Positions 10,112 to 21,601 of a DNA stretch of 64,000 bases are shown here, in pieces. This DNA comes from Cytophagales bacterium (GTDB lineage: Bacteria > Bacteroidota > Bacteroidia > Cytophagales > UBA9547). The translations under genes were made by a program, and so were the position numbers. The notes under the pieces are model-generated. The model was not told the DNA's origin, did no database searches, and saw nothing but the letters and a program-made list of their open reading frames with translations. Positions within the stretch are counted from its first letter, which is position 1, and the number at the start of each line of letters is the position of its first letter. The stretch spans positions 1,648-65,647 of the forward strand of contig JBJXGB010000222.1 in assembly GCA_046152935.1 (NCBI GenBank), read 5' to 3'.

Positions 10112-11104
10112 CTAATCTTCTTCTAATTTGTATTTGACAACGTCCATTCCGAAACGTAAATTTTTCTCCTGCATTAATTGCTCAAGCTCAGCCAATGATT
10201 TTTTCCCAAAATTTCTGAACTTCATCATATCAGAAACATCCAATGAAGCTAAATCACCTAGTGTCTTTATATCAGCAGCTTTCAAACAATTGTAAGCTCT
10301 AACTGAAAGATCAAGATCAGCCAACGAAGTTTTGAGCAATTTCCTCATGTGCAAAAACTCCTCATCAACAGTCTCTATCTCTTCTGCTTTCTGAGTCTCA
10401 AAAGTCATAGTCTTATCAGAAAACAACATAAAATGCTGAATTAGAATATGGGCAGCCCCTTTCAAAGCATCTTCTGGGTGAATCGTCCCGTCAGTCTCAA
10501 TTTCAATCAGCAACTTTTCATAGTCAGTTTTTTGCTCTACTCTCGTATTTTCAACACTGTATTTTACATTTTTTATGGGCGTAAAAATAGAATCGATGGC
10601 GATTAATCCAAAAACACCATCCCCTAGCTTGTGTTCTTCAGCTGGCACATAACCCCTACCTTTCTCAACAGTTAGTTCCAAATCAAACTTCACACCTGTG
10701 GCAAAGTGAGCTATTACCATATCAGGGTTTGTAATTTGAAAACAAGAAGTAAAGTCTTGGATCATTCCAGCACTAAAAGCCTCCTTATTCTTCAGAACAA
10801 TGGCAATTCTATTATCAGTCATTACATCAGGAATCTTCTTAAATCTAACTTTTTTCAGATTCAAAATCATCTCAGTAACATCCTCCCTTACACCTTCTAT
10901 AGTAGTAAATTCATGGAGCACCCCAGGCAATTTGATACCAGTTATAGAATAACCTTCTAGGGAAGACAGTAAAATTCTTCGCAGAGCATTGCCTATTGTA
11001 ACACCAAAGCCTTTTTCTAAGGGTTTGAACTCAAACAAGCCTTTAAAGTCGTCAGCTTTTTCCATTACGACTTTGTCCGGCATTTGGAAAGCTAATATTG
11101 ACAT
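10112..11104 (-). CDS. rpoA: DNA-directed RNA polymerase subunit alpha
   Basis: [15 protein letters not shown]-terminal domain motif and C-terminal domain ([19 protein letters not shown]). 330 aa. Confidence 0.97.
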   Translation of the reverse strand: MSILAFQMPDKVVMEKADDFKGLFEFKPLEKGFGVTIGNALRRILLSSLEGYSITGIKLPGVLHEFTTIEGVREDVTEMILNLKKVRFKKIPDVMTDNRIAIVLKNKEAFSAGMIQDFTSCFQITNPDMVIAHFATGVKFDLELTVEKGRGYVPAEEHKLGDGVFGLIAIDSIFTPIKNVKYSVENTRVEQKTDYEKLLIEIETDGTIHPEDALKGAAHILIQHFMLFSDKTMTFETQKAEEIETVDEEFLHMRKLLKTSLADLDLSVRAYNCLKAADIKTLGDLASLDVSDMMKFRNFGKKSLAELEQLMQEKNLRFGMDVVKYKLEED

Positions 11105-11131
11105 AGTTACTACTTTTATATTTTAACTAAA

Positions 11132-11740
11132 TTATTGTTTTGAGTAAAGTTCAACTATTAACTGCTCGTTAATATTTTCAGGGATTGATTGTCTATCAGG
11201 ATAATTAATAATTTTACCTGACATTAACTTGGCATCCCACTCTAACCAATTATATCTTTTTGAACTCTTGGCGGACAGCGAAGTAGTAATAACCTCTAAA
11301 GACTTCGACTTTTCTCTGACACTAACAACATCGCCTGGCTTCAGTAAATATGACGGGATATTGACCAACTCGTTATTTACCAAGATATGTTTGTGTAGCA
11401 CAATTTGTCTGGCAGCTCTTCTAGTGGTACCTAATCCCAAACGATAAACTGTATTATCCAACCTACCTTCAAGAAACTTTAACAAATTTTCACCAGTAAT
11501 GCCCTCTTTTCTAGCTGCAAAATCAAATGTCTTTTCAAACTGCCTTTCTAATAGACCGTATATATACTTAGCCTTTTGCTTTTCAGCAAGCTGAATGGCA
11601 TATTCAGACTTTTTAGACCTTCTACCCTTTCCATGTTGACCAGGAGGATAATTTTTTTTCAACAATGCTTTGCTATGTCCCAAGATAGGCTCATTAAACC
11701 TCCTTGAAATTCTAGCTTTTGGACCAATATATCTTGCCAT
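11132..11740 (-). CDS. rpsD: 30S ribosomal protein S4
   Basis: [14 protein letters not shown]... with S4 RNA-binding domain ([11 protein letters not shown]...[13 protein letters not shown]). Confidence 0.97.
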   Translation of the reverse strand: MARYIGPKARISRRFNEPILGHSKALLKKNYPPGQHGKGRRSKKSEYAIQLAEKQKAKYIYGLLERQFEKTFDFAARKEGITGENLLKFLEGRLDNTVYRLGLGTTRRAARQIVLHKHILVNNELVNIPSYLLKPGDVVSVREKSKSLEVITTSLSAKSSKRYNWLEWDAKLMSGKIINYPDRQSIPENINEQLIVELYSKQ

Positions 11741-11769
11741 TTCTATATAATATCAATTGTATTCAAGAA

Positions 11770-12162
11770 TTAAACTCTTCTTCTTTTTGGCGGACGACAA
11801 CCATTATGAGGAACTGGAGTTACGTCACGTATAACACTTATTTCAATACCAGCATTTTGAATAGTCCGAATTGCAGACTCTCTGCCTGAACCTGGACCCT
11901 TCACAAACACCTCAGCCTTCCGCATACCTGCCTCAAACGCTACTTGTGCAGCAGATGACGCAGCCAATTGCGCAGCATAAGGGGTATTCTTTTTTGAACC
12001 TTTAAATCCCATTTTACCCGAAGAGCCCCAAGAAATCACTTGCCCATTCATATTAGTAATCGAAATTATGATATTGTTAAAAGTGGCCTGGATATGAACC
12101 TGACCAATTGGTTCAACTATTACGATCCGCTTTTTTGTCTTGTCTTTCTTTTTTTGTGCCAT
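11770..12162 (-). CDS. rpsK: 30S ribosomal protein S11
   Basis: [15 protein letters not shown]...[14 protein letters not shown]...[12 protein letters not shown] is canonical S11. Confidence 0.97.
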   Translation of the reverse strand: MAQKKKDKTKKRIVIVEPIGQVHIQATFNNIIISITNMNGQVISWGSSGKMGFKGSKKNTPYAAQLAASSAAQVAFEAGMRKAEVFVKGPGSGRESAIRTIQNAGIEISVIRDVTPVPHNGCRPPKRRRV

Positions 12163-12201
12163 TTCTTAAATTATTATCAACAAAAATCAACCTAATGAAA
12201 T

Positions 12202-12579
12202 CTATTTAGTCGCTTTTTTCTTATTTGCTACTGTCTTGCGCTTGCCCTTCCTGGTCCGACTATTATTTTTAGTACGCTGCCCCCTCACCGGCAAACCCTT
12301 TCTATGTCTTAAACCTCTGTAACAACCTATGTCCATCAACCTCTTAATAGACAGCTGCACTTCGGACTTCAGAACACCCTCAGTCTTAAACTCAGTCGAA
12401 ATAATATTTCTAATACCATTAGCTTCATCCTCTGTCCACTCCTTCACCTTCTTGTCTAAGCTAACCTTAGCTTTATTTAAAATATACTGAGAAGTACTTA
12501 GCCCAATACCATAAATGTAAGTAAGAGACACGTCTCCCCTTTTTAAATCCGGAATATCTACACCTGCGATCCTAGCCAT
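12202..12579 (-). CDS. rpsM: 30S ribosomal protein S13
   Basis: [10 protein letters not shown]... is the canonical S13 N-terminus, with ATG at 12579. The 19-codon upstream extension in the ORF track overlaps rpmJ and is rejected. Confidence 0.95.
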   Translation of the reverse strand: MARIAGVDIPDLKRGDVSLTYIYGIGLSTSQYILNKAKVSLDKKVKEWTEDEANGIRNIISTEFKTEGVLKSEVQLSIKRLMDIGCYRGLRHRKGLPVRGQRTKNNSRTRKGKRKTVANKKKATK

Positions 12580-12589
12580 AATTCTATAA

Positions 12590-12706
12590 TTAACCTTGTC
12601 TTTGTTTAAAACGTGGATTCTTCTTATTAATAACATAGAGCTTCCCTTTCCTGCGAATTATTTTGCAGTCCACGCTCCTCTTTTTGATAGATGCCTTAAC
12701 TTTCAT
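12590..12706 (-). CDS. rpmJ: 50S ribosomal protein L36
   Basis: Own translation, below the ORF-track size cut-off: [38 protein letters not shown]. Canonical L36 in the expected infA-rpmJ-rpsM position. Confidence 0.93.
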   Translation of the reverse strand: MKVKASIKKRSVDCKIIRRKGKLYVINKKNPRFKQRQG

Positions 12707-12752
12707 CTTTATAATTAATTAACTATTTTTTGCTCAACTCTTGACTTGGTGC

Positions 12753-12971
12753 TTATTTATACCTAAACACAATCCTACCTTTTGTCAAATCATAAGGAGA
12801 CATTTCCAACTTAACTTTGTCACCAGGCAATATCTTTATATAATTCATTCTCATCTTTCCAGAAATGTGACAAATAACTTCGTGTCCATTTCCTAACTCT
12901 ACCCTAAACATTGCATTAGACAAAGCTTCTAGTATTTTACCATCTTGCTCAATTGAAGACTGTTTCGACAT
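12753..12971 (-). CDS. infA: translation initiation factor IF-1
   Basis: 72-aa S1-like OB fold ([31 protein letters not shown]). Its ATG overlaps the map stop by 1 nt (TAATG). Confidence 0.97.
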   Translation of the reverse strand: MSKQSSIEQDGKILEALSNAMFRVELGNGHEVICHISGKMRMNYIKILPGDKVKLEMSPYDLTKGRIVFRYK

Positions 12972-13762
12972 TAGATTACTTGCTCTTTAATTATATAATC
13001 GAAAGTCGTTAAAACCTCTGGACTTCCATTCAACACGGCAACAGTATGCTCAAAATGGGCTGAAGGCCTGCCATCACTCGTTTTAACAGTCCAATTATCC
13101 TCTAGCTGATATACATCTCTAGTACCTAAATTAATCATGGGTTCTATGGCTAGGACCATGCCCGTTATTAGCTTGTGCCCTTTTCCCCTTCTTCCAAAAT
13201 TAGGTACTTCAGGCTCTTCATGCAAATTTCTTCCAACACCATGCCCCACTAATTCTCTGACTACGCCATACTTTTCTCTCTCATTATACGACTGTATCGC
13301 AAAACTTATGTCCCCAACTCTCATGCCAGCCTTTGCTTGCTTAATGCCTTCATACAGAGATTCCTTTGTGACACGAAGCAACTTCCTCTTTTCAGCGCTA
13401 ATGTCACCAACACTATAAGTGTAAGCCGAATCAGCATGATAACCACTTAGAAGAACACCACAATCGATAGAAACAATATCGCCATTTCTCAACTCATAAT
13501 CACTGGGCAATCCGTGCACAACTGTATCATTCACCGATATGCACAAAGAACTAGGAAACTCCCTATACTTCAAGAACGAAGGAACAGCACGATTATCTTT
13601 AATAAACTCATAAGCTATCCTATCTAATTCAAGAGTCCTAACACCCTCTCTGACATTCCTCGACAACTCCCCATGAACCCTTCCCAAAACATCTCCACTC
13701 TTTTTAATTAGCTCCAACTCATCAACTGACTTATATTGAATCTTTTCCCTTCTCCAGAACAT
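12971..13762 (-). CDS. map: type I methionine aminopeptidase
   Basis: MetAP-I sequence blocks ([35 protein letters not shown]). Position between secY and infA. Confidence 0.95.
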   Translation of the reverse strand: MFWRREKIQYKSVDELELIKKSGDVLGRVHGELSRNVREGVRTLELDRIAYEFIKDNRAVPSFLKYREFPSSLCISVNDTVVHGLPSDYELRNGDIVSIDCGVLLSGYHADSAYTYSVGDISAEKRKLLRVTKESLYEGIKQAKAGMRVGDISFAIQSYNEREKYGVVRELVGHGVGRNLHEEPEVPNFGRRGKGHKLITGMVLAIEPMINLGTRDVYQLEDNWTVKTSDGRPSAHFEHTVAVLNGSPEVLTTFDYIIKEQVI

Positions 13763-13766
13763 ATAC

Positions 13767-15080
13767 TTACGCCACAGACAGTTCCTGTCTTCCTTTAATC
13801 CTACCTGACTTCATCAGACCATCGTATTTCTTCATCAATAAATAACTTTCGATTTGCTGTAAAGTATCCAGAACAACACCAACCATAATTAGAAGCGAAG
13901 TGCCTCCATAAAACTGCGCAAACTCCCTATTGAGACCGAACAAACTTGCGATAGCAGGAAAAACCGCCACAGCCACAAGAAAAAGCGAACCTGGTAAAGT
14001 GATCTTCGATAAAATATTGTCAATAAAATCTGAAGTTTCCTTACCAGGCTTGATGCCCGGAACAAAACCACCACCTCTCTTTATGTCATCAGCAATCTGA
14101 GTTGGATTAATAGCTATGGCCGTGTAGAAAAAAGTAAATACAACTATCAAGAAACCAAACAACGTGTTGTACTGCCAAGAGGTGTAATCCGAAAACGTTG
14201 CCCCGATTGTGTTTGCCAAGTCAGAAGAATCAGACCAAATAGAGGCAATCATTGCTGGCAAGAACATTAGCGATTGTGCAAAGATGATTGGCATAACACC
14301 TGAAGCATTCAACTTCAGTGGAATATATTGTCTTTGACCACCAATCACTTTATTACCGACTACTTGTTTGGCATACTGCACTGGAACTTTTCGCGTTGCT
14401 TGCGTCAACATTATTACAGCCATAACAATAAAGAACAACGCTACAAGCTCGAGCAGGAAGAAAAGCGCTCCATTCATACCTTTCGACAAGGCCTCTCCAA
14501 TGATACCTGCCGGAAACCTAGACAAAATACCAACCATAATTAACATAGAAATACCATTGCCAATTCCTCTATCCGTAATTTTTTCACCGAGCCACATACA
14601 AAACATTGTGCCAGTCGTTATTATAATAATAGACGAAATAGTAAATAGAGTTCTTTCAATCATGACCGCCTCAGCTGGTATGGTGGCAGTAACATACCCG
14701 ATCGACTGAGCGATAGTGATAAATATCGTTAATATTCTCGTCATCTGGTTGATCTTTCTCCGCCCACTCTCTCCATCCTTCTGCATCTTCTGGAAATATG
14801 GCACTGCTACTGTCAATAATTGCAAAACAATTGAAGCAGAAATATAAGGCATGATACCTAAGGCAAAAATAGAAGCATTGCTGAAAGCACCTCCCAAAAA
14901 GGTATCCAATAAGCCTAATATACCAGAGGTATTTTTTGTCAACTTAGTTGGATCGACCCCAGGTAAAACTACGTAAGAACCAAGCCTAAAGATGAGAAGA
15001 AAACCCATTGTATTTACAATACGGTTTCTCAACTCATCTATTGAAAAAATATGCTTTATGGTTCTAAATACCCTTTTCAT
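13767..15080 (-). CDS. secY: preprotein translocase subunit SecY
   Basis: 437-aa polytopic membrane protein with SecY blocks (LGIMPYISASIVLQLL, ITDRGIGNGISMLI). spc-operon position. Confidence 0.96.
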   Translation of the reverse strand: MKRVFRTIKHIFSIDELRNRIVNTMGFLLIFRLGSYVVLPGVDPTKLTKNTSGILGLLDTFLGGAFSNASIFALGIMPYISASIVLQLLTVAVPYFQKMQKDGESGRRKINQMTRILTIFITIAQSIGYVTATIPAEAVMIERTLFTISSIIIITTGTMFCMWLGEKITDRGIGNGISMLIMVGILSRFPAGIIGEALSKGMNGALFFLLELVALFFIVMAVIMLTQATRKVPVQYAKQVVGNKVIGGQRQYIPLKLNASGVMPIIFAQSLMFLPAMIASIWSDSSDLANTIGATFSDYTSWQYNTLFGFLIVVFTFFYTAIAINPTQIADDIKRGGGFVPGIKPGKETSDFIDNILSKITLPGSLFLVAVAVFPAIASLFGLNREFAQFYGGTSLLIMVGVVLDTLQQIESYLLMKKYDGLMKSGRIKGRQELSVA

Positions 15081-15086
15081 TCTATT

Positions 15087-15533
15087 TTAAACAATTTCAA
15101 TATTACCACCAAGACTTTCAACACTAACTTGAGCAGCTTTTGTAAAAGCATGAAGCTTCACAGTTATCTTAGATCTTAATTCGCCTCTCCCCAACAACTT
15201 CACTCTATCCCTCTTCGAGACCAATCCATTTAAAAATAGAATTTCACAATCGATAATTGTCAACTTCTTCAAATCAACAAGACTCTGGATAGTATCTAAA
15301 TTAACACCTTTGTACTCTACTCTATTAATGTTTGTAAACCCAAACTTGGGAATTCTCCTCTGCAAAGGCATCTGACCTCCCTCAAATCCTAACTTATCCT
15401 TGTGACCAGATCTAGCCTTATCTCCTTTATGACCCTTAGTAGAAGTGCCACCCTTCCCAGAACCAGTACCTCTGCCAATTCTTTTTGAAGACTTTATCGA
15501 ACCAAGAGCTGGTTTTAACAAATTTAATTTCAT
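15087..15533 (-). CDS. rplO: 50S ribosomal protein L15
   Basis: RIGRGTGSGKGGTSTKGHKG...GFEGGQMPLQRRIPK is canonical L15. Confidence 0.96.
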   Translation of the reverse strand: MKLNLLKPALGSIKSSKRIGRGTGSGKGGTSTKGHKGDKARSGHKDKLGFEGGQMPLQRRIPKFGFTNINRVEYKGVNLDTIQSLVDLKKLTIIDCEILFLNGLVSKRDRVKLLGRGELRSKITVKLHAFTKAAQVSVESLGGNIEIV

Positions 15534-15537
15534 TGAA

Positions 15538-15714
15538 CTAATTTAATATTGTTATCAAGTGACTAACCTTCTTAATCATCCCAAGGATTTGAGGTGTTCC
15601 CTCAACTTCAACTATCCTACTAATCTTACCCAATCCCAAAGCCTCAAGAGTTCTCTTTTGGTCCATTGGCCTTTTAATGGTACTTCTAACCTGTTTTATT
15701 TTTACGATCGCCAT
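15538..15714 (-). CDS. rpmD: 50S ribosomal protein L30
   Basis: Own translation, below the ORF-track cut-off: MAIVKIKQVRSTIKRPMDQKRTLEALGLGKISRIVEVEGTPQILGMIKKVSHLITILN*. Lies between rpsE and rplO as expected. Confidence 0.92.
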   Translation of the reverse strand: MAIVKIKQVRSTIKRPMDQKRTLEALGLGKISRIVEVEGTPQILGMIKKVSHLITILN

Positions 15715-15719
15715 AATTA

Positions 15720-16238
15720 TTAGCCGTTGAATACTTTTTTCATTGGAATTCCTCTAAACCTAGCAACTGTGAAAGGGTCTCTCATTTGAAGCAATGCATC
15801 AAAAGTAGCTTTAACAACATTGTGGGGGTTTGAAGAACCCTTTGACTTTGCCAAAACATCTTTTATACCGGCACTTTCCAACACAGCTCTCATTGCACCA
15901 CCAGCAATTACACCAGTACCTGCAGCAGCTGGTTTTAACAAAACCAAACCACCACTATACTTACCAATTGTCTCGTGAGGCACCGTTCCCTTGAAAACTG
16001 GAACCTTTATCAAATTTTTCTTAGCGTCATCAACCCCTTTCGCGATGGCATCAGTCACTTCATTTGCTTTACCTAAACCAAATCCAACTACTCCATTACC
16101 ATCTCCAACAACTACAATAGCAGAAAAACTAAAACGTCTACCACCTTTCACAACCTTTGCAACACGATTGACAGCAACTACTCTGTCCTTAAGTTCAATT
16201 TCGCTTGCCTTGACTCTTTTAATATTTAATTGCGACAT
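15720..16238 (-). CDS. rpsE: 30S ribosomal protein S5
   Basis: [36 protein letters not shown] is canonical S5. Confidence 0.97.
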   Translation of the reverse strand: MSQLNIKRVKASEIELKDRVVAVNRVAKVVKGGRRFSFSAIVVVGDGNGVVGFGLGKANEVTDAIAKGVDDAKKNLIKVPVFKGTVPHETIGKYSGGLVLLKPAAAGTGVIAGGAMRAVLESAGIKDVLAKSKGSSNPHNVVKATFDALLQMRDPFTVARFRGIPMKKVFNG

Positions 16239-16250
16239 AACTAAAGTTTC

Positions 16251-16601
16251 TTAGAAAATTAAACCTCCTTCTCGTGCACCTTCTGCCAAAGCTTTCACTC
16301 TACCATGATACAAATACCCACCTCTGTCAAATACCACAGTACTTATTCCATTATCCTTTGCCTTTTGAGCAATTAACTTTCCAACCTCTTTGGATACCTC
16401 CAATTTAGGACTTTTCATAGACTTAAGTTCTTTGGAAGACACGCTAGTCACTGTGGTACCATTTGAATCGTCAATCAACTGGACATAGATATCTGAATTA
16501 CTCCTAAATACCGCCAATCTAGGCAACTGACCAGAACCAGAAATCACACTTCTTGTTCGCTTCCGTATTTTTAACCTCCTGCTTGCTTTGTCTACAGACA
16601 T
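16251..16601 (-). CDS. rplR: 50S ribosomal protein L18
   Basis: PRLAVFRSNSDIYVQLIDD...VFDRGGYLYHGRVKALAEGAREGG is canonical L18. Confidence 0.96.
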   Translation of the reverse strand: MSVDKASRRLKIRKRTRSVISGSGQLPRLAVFRSNSDIYVQLIDDSNGTTVTSVSSKELKSMKSPKLEVSKEVGKLIAQKAKDNGISTVVFDRGGYLYHGRVKALAEGAREGGLIF

Positions 16602-16608
16602 GATTTTA

Positions 16609-17166
16609 TTATTTTTTAGCTGATGTCTTACCTGCTTTTCTCCTTATTACTTCTCCAGTAAATCTTATACCTTTTCCTTTATATGGCTCTGGCTCTCTAA
16701 AAGACTTCAATTTCGCACAAACTTGGCCTAGCAACTGTTTGTCAATCCCTTCTAAAATAACTGTAGGATTTTTACCCTTCTCGGTAACAGTGGCAACTCT
16801 AATTTCGCTTGGTACTTCAAAATAAATGCCATGAGAATAACCCAAACTCAATTCTAACAAGTTCCCAGCATTAGAAGCTTTGAAACCAACGCCCACTAAC
16901 TCCAATTGAGATTTGTAACCAGCGCTAACACCTACGATCATGTTGTTCAAAAGGGAACGATACAAGCCATGTAACGCCTTGTGCCTTTTTTGTTCTGTTG
17001 GTCTTTCAATAATGAGATCATTACCTTCCAAAACAATTTTAAAATCTGTATCAACAGCCTGTACCAGTACACCTTTAGGACCTTTCACAGTCACTAAATT
17101 GCTTTTGTCCATAGTGATTTCTACTTTCTCTGGCAACGAAATAGGCTTTTTTCCAATCCTTGACAT
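16609..17166 (-). CDS. rplF: 50S ribosomal protein L6
   Basis: MSRIGKKPISLP...two-domain L6, ending ...EPYKGKGIRF. Confidence 0.96.
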   Translation of the reverse strand: MSRIGKKPISLPEKVEITMDKSNLVTVKGPKGVLVQAVDTDFKIVLEGNDLIIERPTEQKRHKALHGLYRSLLNNMIVGVSAGYKSQLELVGVGFKASNAGNLLELSLGYSHGIYFEVPSEIRVATVTEKGKNPTVILEGIDKQLLGQVCAKLKSFREPEPYKGKGIRFTGEVIRRKAGKTSAKK

Positions 17167-17177
17167 TACTTATTATA

Positions 17178-17573
17178 TTAATATACAAAACAAACTACCT
17201 CACCACCTATCTTTTGCTCACGAGCCTCTTTGTCAGTCATTAAACCTTTTGAAGTCGAAACAATAGCAATACCCAAACCACTTAACACTCGTGGAAGGCC
17301 ATCATGATCTACATATTTTCGTAAGCCTGGTTTGCTGATCCTCTCAATGTGCACAATAGAAGACTTTTTATTCAAGCTATTATACTTAAGTGCTATTTTT
17401 ATAGTAGCATGTTTTTCGTCTGAATCTTCAAACTTGTAGTTCAATAAATACCCTTTATCAAACAAAACTTTTGTGATCTCCTTCTTAAATTTTGAAGAAG
17501 GAACTTCTAATAATCTATGTCCAGCCATAGAAGCATTTCTAATTCTGGTCAGGAAATCTCCAATTGAATCCAT
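17178..17573 (-). CDS. rpsH: 30S ribosomal protein S8
   Basis: DSIGDFLTRIRNA...GLGIAIVSTSKGLMTDKEAREQKIGGEVVCFVY is canonical S8. Confidence 0.97.
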   Translation of the reverse strand: MDSIGDFLTRIRNASMAGHRLLEVPSSKFKKEITKVLFDKGYLLNYKFEDSDEKHATIKIALKYNSLNKKSSIVHIERISKPGLRKYVDHDGLPRVLSGLGIAIVSTSKGLMTDKEAREQKIGGEVVCFVY

Positions 17574-17621
17574 TTATTCGTTTTTTTGAAATGGGGTGCA
17601 AAGATACGATAATATTCTGGG

Positions 17622-17891
17622 TTACCAACTAGATTTAGTCAAACCAGGAATTTTACCCTCGTTGGCCAATAATCTAAATTGATTTCTACAAATACCAAAT
17701 TTTCTCATGTAACCTCTAGGCCTCCCTGTCAACTTACAACGATTATGCAACCTTATGGGATTTGCATTTTTGGGCAGTTTGTCAAGACCTAAATAATCAC
17801 TAGCTTCTTTCAAAGCTTTTCTTTTAGAAGCATAACGAGCTACCAATAGAACTCTCTTAACTTCACGCGCTTTTACTGATTCCTTAGCCAT
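17622..17891 (-). CDS. rpsN: 30S ribosomal protein S14
   Basis: 89-aa S14 ([23 protein letters not shown]...W) in spc-operon position. Confidence 0.95.
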   Translation of the reverse strand: MAKESVKAREVKRVLLVARYASKRKALKEASDYLGLDKLPKNANPIRLHNRCKLTGRPRGYMRKFGICRNQFRLLANEGKIPGLTKSSW

Positions 17892-17896
17892 TTATT

Positions 17897-18451
17897 TTAT
17901 TTCTTTTGATTAGCAAATGGTAAACCAAATAACTTCAACAATTCCAAACTTTCTTCATCAGTCTGAGCAGTTGTAACAAAAGTGATATCCATTCCCGAAA
18001 TTTTAGTTACCTTATCGATACTAATCTCTGGGAATATTATCTGCTCTTTCACACCCAAAGTATAGTTGCCTCTTCCATCAAAGCCCTTATCATTAATGCC
18101 CTTGAAATCTCTCACACGTGGTAAAGCAATAGAAGTCAATCTATCCATAAACTCATACATCTTCTGACCCCTAAGTGTTACTTTAGCACCAATCGGCATA
18201 TTTTCCCTCAACTTAAAATTAGAAATAGCTTTTTTAGATTTTGTAGGAACTGCTTTCTGACCTGTAATCTGAGTTAACTCCTCTACCCCTATATCGACCA
18301 ATTTCTTATCAGCGACTGCCGCACCTATACCTTTGTTTACACAAATTTTGGTAACTTTAGGTACTTGCATCACATTCTTATAACCAAATTTGGTCTTCAA
18401 CGCAGGAACTACTTCCCTATCATAAATATCTTTAAAACGAGGTGTTGCCAT
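17897..18451 (-). CDS. rplE: 50S ribosomal protein L5
   Basis: [16 protein letters not shown]...[10 protein letters not shown]...[16 protein letters not shown] is canonical L5. Confidence 0.97.
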   Translation of the reverse strand: MATPRFKDIYDREVVPALKTKFGYKNVMQVPKVTKICVNKGIGAAVADKKLVDIGVEELTQITGQKAVPTKSKKAISNFKLRENMPIGAKVTLRGQKMYEFMDRLTSIALPRVRDFKGINDKGFDGRGNYTLGVKEQIIFPEISIDKVTKISGMDITFVTTAQTDEESLELLKLFGLPFANQKK

Positions 18452-18453
18452 CT

Positions 18454-18768
18454 TTATATAACGTTACCGGTTTTTACACTAAACCTTTCTGAATTACCTT
18501 CTTTATCTATTCTATGACCAACTCTAGTAGCCTTACCATTGGTGTCTGCCAAAGCTACATTACTAATATGAACTGGCAATTCTTTTTCTAAAATCGACCC
18601 ACTTGGATTAGAAGAAGTTGGCTTCAAATGACGTTTTACTTTGTTCACGCCCTCCACCAAAATTCTAGATTCCCTAGGTAGCACTTGTAAGACCGTAGAC
18701 ACTTTTCCACGCGCATTACCAGCTAATACCACAACTTTGTCACCTTTTTTTATGTTCTGCTTTGCCAT
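18454..18768 (-). CDS. rplX: 50S ribosomal protein L24
   Basis: KOW motif [17 protein letters not shown]. 104 aa. Position after rplN. Confidence 0.95.
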   Translation of the reverse strand: MAKQNIKKGDKVVVLAGNARGKVSTVLQVLPRESRILVEGVNKVKRHLKPTSSNPSGSILEKELPVHISNVALADTNGKATRVGHRIDKEGNSERFSVKTGNVI

Positions 18769-18786
18769 CTTAAATACTTATAAATA

Positions 18787-19155
18787 CTATAAAACTTCAG
18801 GAGCAAGAGAAATTATCTTCATAAATTGCTTCTCCCTTAATTCCCGAGCAACTGGACCAAAAATTCTAGTTCCCCTAGGTTCGTCAGCAGCATTTAATAA
18901 AACTGCTGCATTATCTTCAAAACGAATGTAAGTTCCATCCTTACGCCTCACTTCCTTCCTAGTTCTTACAACCACAGCTTTAGAAACAGTACCTTTTTTC
19001 ATGCTGCTTGAAGACAAAGCTGCCTTCACAGTAACGACAATCTTATCGCCAAGTGACGCATACCTCTTTCTTGTCCCTCCCAGAACTCTTATACACAGAA
19101 CTTCTTTTGCGCCGCTATTATCAGCTACATTTAATCTAGATTCTTGCTGTACCAT
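18787..19155 (-). CDS. rplN: 50S ribosomal protein L14
   Basis: [27 protein letters not shown] is canonical L14. Confidence 0.97.
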   Translation of the reverse strand: MVQQESRLNVADNSGAKEVLCIRVLGGTRKRYASLGDKIVVTVKAALSSSSMKKGTVSKAVVVRTRKEVRRKDGTYIRFEDNAAVLLNAADEPRGTRIFGPVARELREKQFMKIISLAPEVL

Positions 19156-19157
19156 TA

Positions 19158-19427
19158 CTATTTAGCTTTTTCAATAATTTGAACCAATCTCCACCTTTTG
19201 GTCTTACTCAAAGGACGAGTTTCCATAATCTCAACAACATCACCTATCCCACACTGATTAGTCTCGTCATGTGCAACAAACTTCTTTGTTTTGTTAACAA
19301 ACTTCCCATACTTAGGGTGCTTCGTTTTTCTATCGATAGAGACAACTATCGACTTCTCCATCTTGTTGCTAACAACCTTCCCAACTCTGGCTTTTCTTAA
19401 ATTTCTATCTTCTAATACCACTTCCAT
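19158..19427 (-). CDS. rpsQ: 30S ribosomal protein S17
   Basis: [40 protein letters not shown] is canonical S17. Confidence 0.96.
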   Translation of the reverse strand: MEVVLEDRNLRKARVGKVVSNKMEKSIVVSIDRKTKHPKYGKFVNKTKKFVAHDETNQCGIGDVVEIMETRPLSKTKRWRLVQIIEKAK

Positions 19428-19431
19428 TTTA

Positions 19432-19626
19432 CTATGATGTTTTCATCCTTTTGGAAAATTCTGAACTTAATTGTGCAAACAACCTACGTGAAGACCTAAT
19501 TTTCATAGGATTTTCAATGGGAGATACAGCATGGGCAAACCTCAAACGTCCCAACAAATCCTTTTCTGCTCTTAACCTATCTGCTAACTCATCATTTTTT
19601 AGCAACGCTATTTCTTTATACTTCAT
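19432..19626 (-). CDS. rpmC: 50S ribosomal protein L29
   Basis: 64-aa helical protein ([27 protein letters not shown]) between rplP and rpsQ. Confidence 0.93.
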   Translation of the reverse strand: MKYKEIALLKNDELADRLRAEKDLLGRLRFAHAVSPIENPMKIRSSRRLFAQLSSEFSKRMKTS

Positions 19627-19634
19627 GGCTAGAA

Positions 19635-20054
19635 TTAAGCTACGTAATCGTGTTTAGAAATGAATTTAACTTTCAAAGGAAGCTTCTGAGCAGCTAAGCG
19701 CAAGGCCTCATTTGCCAAATCAATTGAAACACCCCCTGCTTCAAACAGTATGGTACCAGGCTTCACAGGAACTACCCAATATTCAGGGGCTCCCTTACCT
19801 TTACCCATACGCACCTCTGCGGGCTTTCTAGTCATTGGCTTATCTGGAAACACACGAATCCAAATATTACCTTGACGCTGCATACCCCGCGATAAAGCAA
19901 CTCTAGCAGCTTCCAACTGTCTCGCAGTGATAAAACCAGGTTCTAAAACCTTCAAAGCAAACTGACCAAAGCTTATGGAAAAGCCTCTGGTCGCAATACC
20001 TTTGATTCTTCCCTTTTGTGTCTTTCTATAATTAGTCTTTTTTGGCTGAAGCAT
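19635..20054 (-). CDS. rplP: 50S ribosomal protein L16
   Basis: [15 protein letters not shown]...[30 protein letters not shown] is canonical L16. Confidence 0.97.
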   Translation of the reverse strand: MLQPKKTNYRKTQKGRIKGIATRGFSISFGQFALKVLEPGFITARQLEAARVALSRGMQRQGNIWIRVFPDKPMTRKPAEVRMGKGKGAPEYWVVPVKPGTILFEAGGVSIDLANEALRLAAQKLPLKVKFISKHDYVA

Positions 20055-20074
20055 AGCGTTCTAGGCTTTTACTG

Positions 20075-20911
20075 TTATCTTCTTCTGTTGTTAGTACTCT
20101 TATTTTTACTTGCACCACCGAGACCAGGTTTAACACCCTTGGCATCAGAGCCCTCTTCACCCCTTCTCCTGTCGCCACCACGAGAGCCCCTCTCGTCCCT
20201 ATCATTTCTTCTATCTCCACGAGGTGAGTCACTAGCAACATTTGATTGAGCCGCGGCTAAACCAACATTAGGGGACAAATCTCTTTTTCCAAAAACCTCA
20301 CCCTTGAATATCCAAACTTTAATGCCTATTTTTCCGTAGACAGTTTGAGCCTCAGTAATAGCATAATCAATATCGGCTCTCAAAGTATGGAGAGGAACCC
20401 TTCCTTCTTTATACCCCTCGGAACGAGCCATTTCCGCTCCCCCTAAACGACCAGAAACCTTTACTTTTATCCCTTGAGCACCCACACGCATTGCCGATGC
20501 AATTGCTTGTTTCATAGCCCTTTTATAGGATATTCGTGCCTCAATTTGTTGTGCAATAGATTCACCAACCAACTTAGCATCTAACTCAGGACGCTTTACT
20601 TCAAAGATATTAATCTGTACATCCTTTTCAGTAATTTTCTTGAGCTCCTCCTTGATTTTATCAACCTCACCTCCTCCCTTCCCAATAACAACACCTGGAC
20701 GAGCTGTGTTGATAGTAAGAATAACTCTCTTTATTGTTCTCTCAACTATAATCTTTGCAATTCCAGCTTTTGGAATACGTGCTAAAACATACTTCCTAAT
20801 TTTCTCATCTTCAATCAGCTTATCGGCAAAGTTCTTACCACCGTACCAGCTAGAGTCCCAACCTCTCACTATACCTAACCTTAATCCTACAGGATTCGTT
20901 TTAGTCCCCAT
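20075..20911 (-). CDS. rpsC: 30S ribosomal protein S3, with a long R/G/D-rich C-terminal tail
   Basis: [14 protein letters not shown]..., a KH domain, and [30 protein letters not shown]. 278 aa, including a ~55-aa low-complexity tail. Confidence 0.96.
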   Translation of the reverse strand: MGTKTNPVGLRLGIVRGWDSSWYGGKNFADKLIEDEKIRKYVLARIPKAGIAKIIVERTIKRVILTINTARPGVVIGKGGGEVDKIKEELKKITEKDVQINIFEVKRPELDAKLVGESIAQQIEARISYKRAMKQAIASAMRVGAQGIKVKVSGRLGGAEMARSEGYKEGRVPLHTLRADIDYAITEAQTVYGKIGIKVWIFKGEVFGKRDLSPNVGLAAAQSNVASDSPRGDRRNDRDERGSRGGDRRRGEEGSDAKGVKPGLGGASKNKSTNNRRR

Positions 20912-20947
20912 TTCGATTATCTATTATTTAGTTTTTCGATTTATTCA

Positions 20948-21316
20948 TTAAGCTTTTTCTTCAACTACAGCAGATATTTTACTATCTAAAACCACAGTTA
21001 TATGATTTGATCTTTTCCTAATCCTGTGACCTCTTCCTTGCGGAGCTGGACGCATCCTCTTCAACATCCTACCGCCATCGACAAAAATAGTTTTCACAAA
21101 TAAGTCTGCTTCTTCCACTCTCTCATCAGGATTTCCTTGTTGCCAGTTAGACACGGCAGAAAGCACTAACTTATGTAAGTATTCAGCACCAACTTTACTT
21201 TGAAACTTCAAGATAGCCAACGCCTGATTCACATCTTTACCTCTAACCAAATCAACAACTAATCTCATCTTCCTTGGTGAAGTTGGCACATTTCTTAAGA
21301 TTGCTCTAGCTTCCAT
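20948..21316 (-). CDS. rplV: 50S ribosomal protein L22
   Basis: [24 protein letters not shown]...[22 protein letters not shown] is canonical L22. Confidence 0.96.
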   Translation of the reverse strand: MEARAILRNVPTSPRKMRLVVDLVRGKDVNQALAILKFQSKVGAEYLHKLVLSAVSNWQQGNPDERVEEADLFVKTIFVDGGRMLKRMRPAPQGRGHRIRKRSNHITVVLDSKISAVVEEKA

Positions 21317-21324
21317 TTATTTTC

Positions 21325-21600
21325 TTATTTGCCTTTATCTTTCTTAGCAGCGTGTCCTCTGAAATTTCTAGTAGGTGCGAACTCGCCTAACTTGTGACCT
21401 ACCATATTTTCGGTGCAAAACACCGGTATAAATTTATTGCCATTATGCACGGCAAAGGTTTGTCCTACAAAATCAGGTGAGATCATAGACCTCCTAGACC
21501 AAGTTTTCACTACTGTCTTCTTTCCTGTTTCGTTTATCTTATCGACCTTAGCAACTAGTCTAAAATCAATATAAGGACCTTTTTTTAATGAGCGACCCAT
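21325..21600 (-). CDS. rpsS: 30S ribosomal protein S19
   Basis: [12 protein letters not shown]...[22 protein letters not shown] is canonical S19. Confidence 0.97.
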   Translation of the reverse strand: MGRSLKKGPYIDFRLVAKVDKINETGKKTVVKTWSRRSMISPDFVGQTFAVHNGNKFIPVFCTENMVGHKLGEFAPTRNFRGHAAKKDKGK

Positions 21601-21601
21601 C

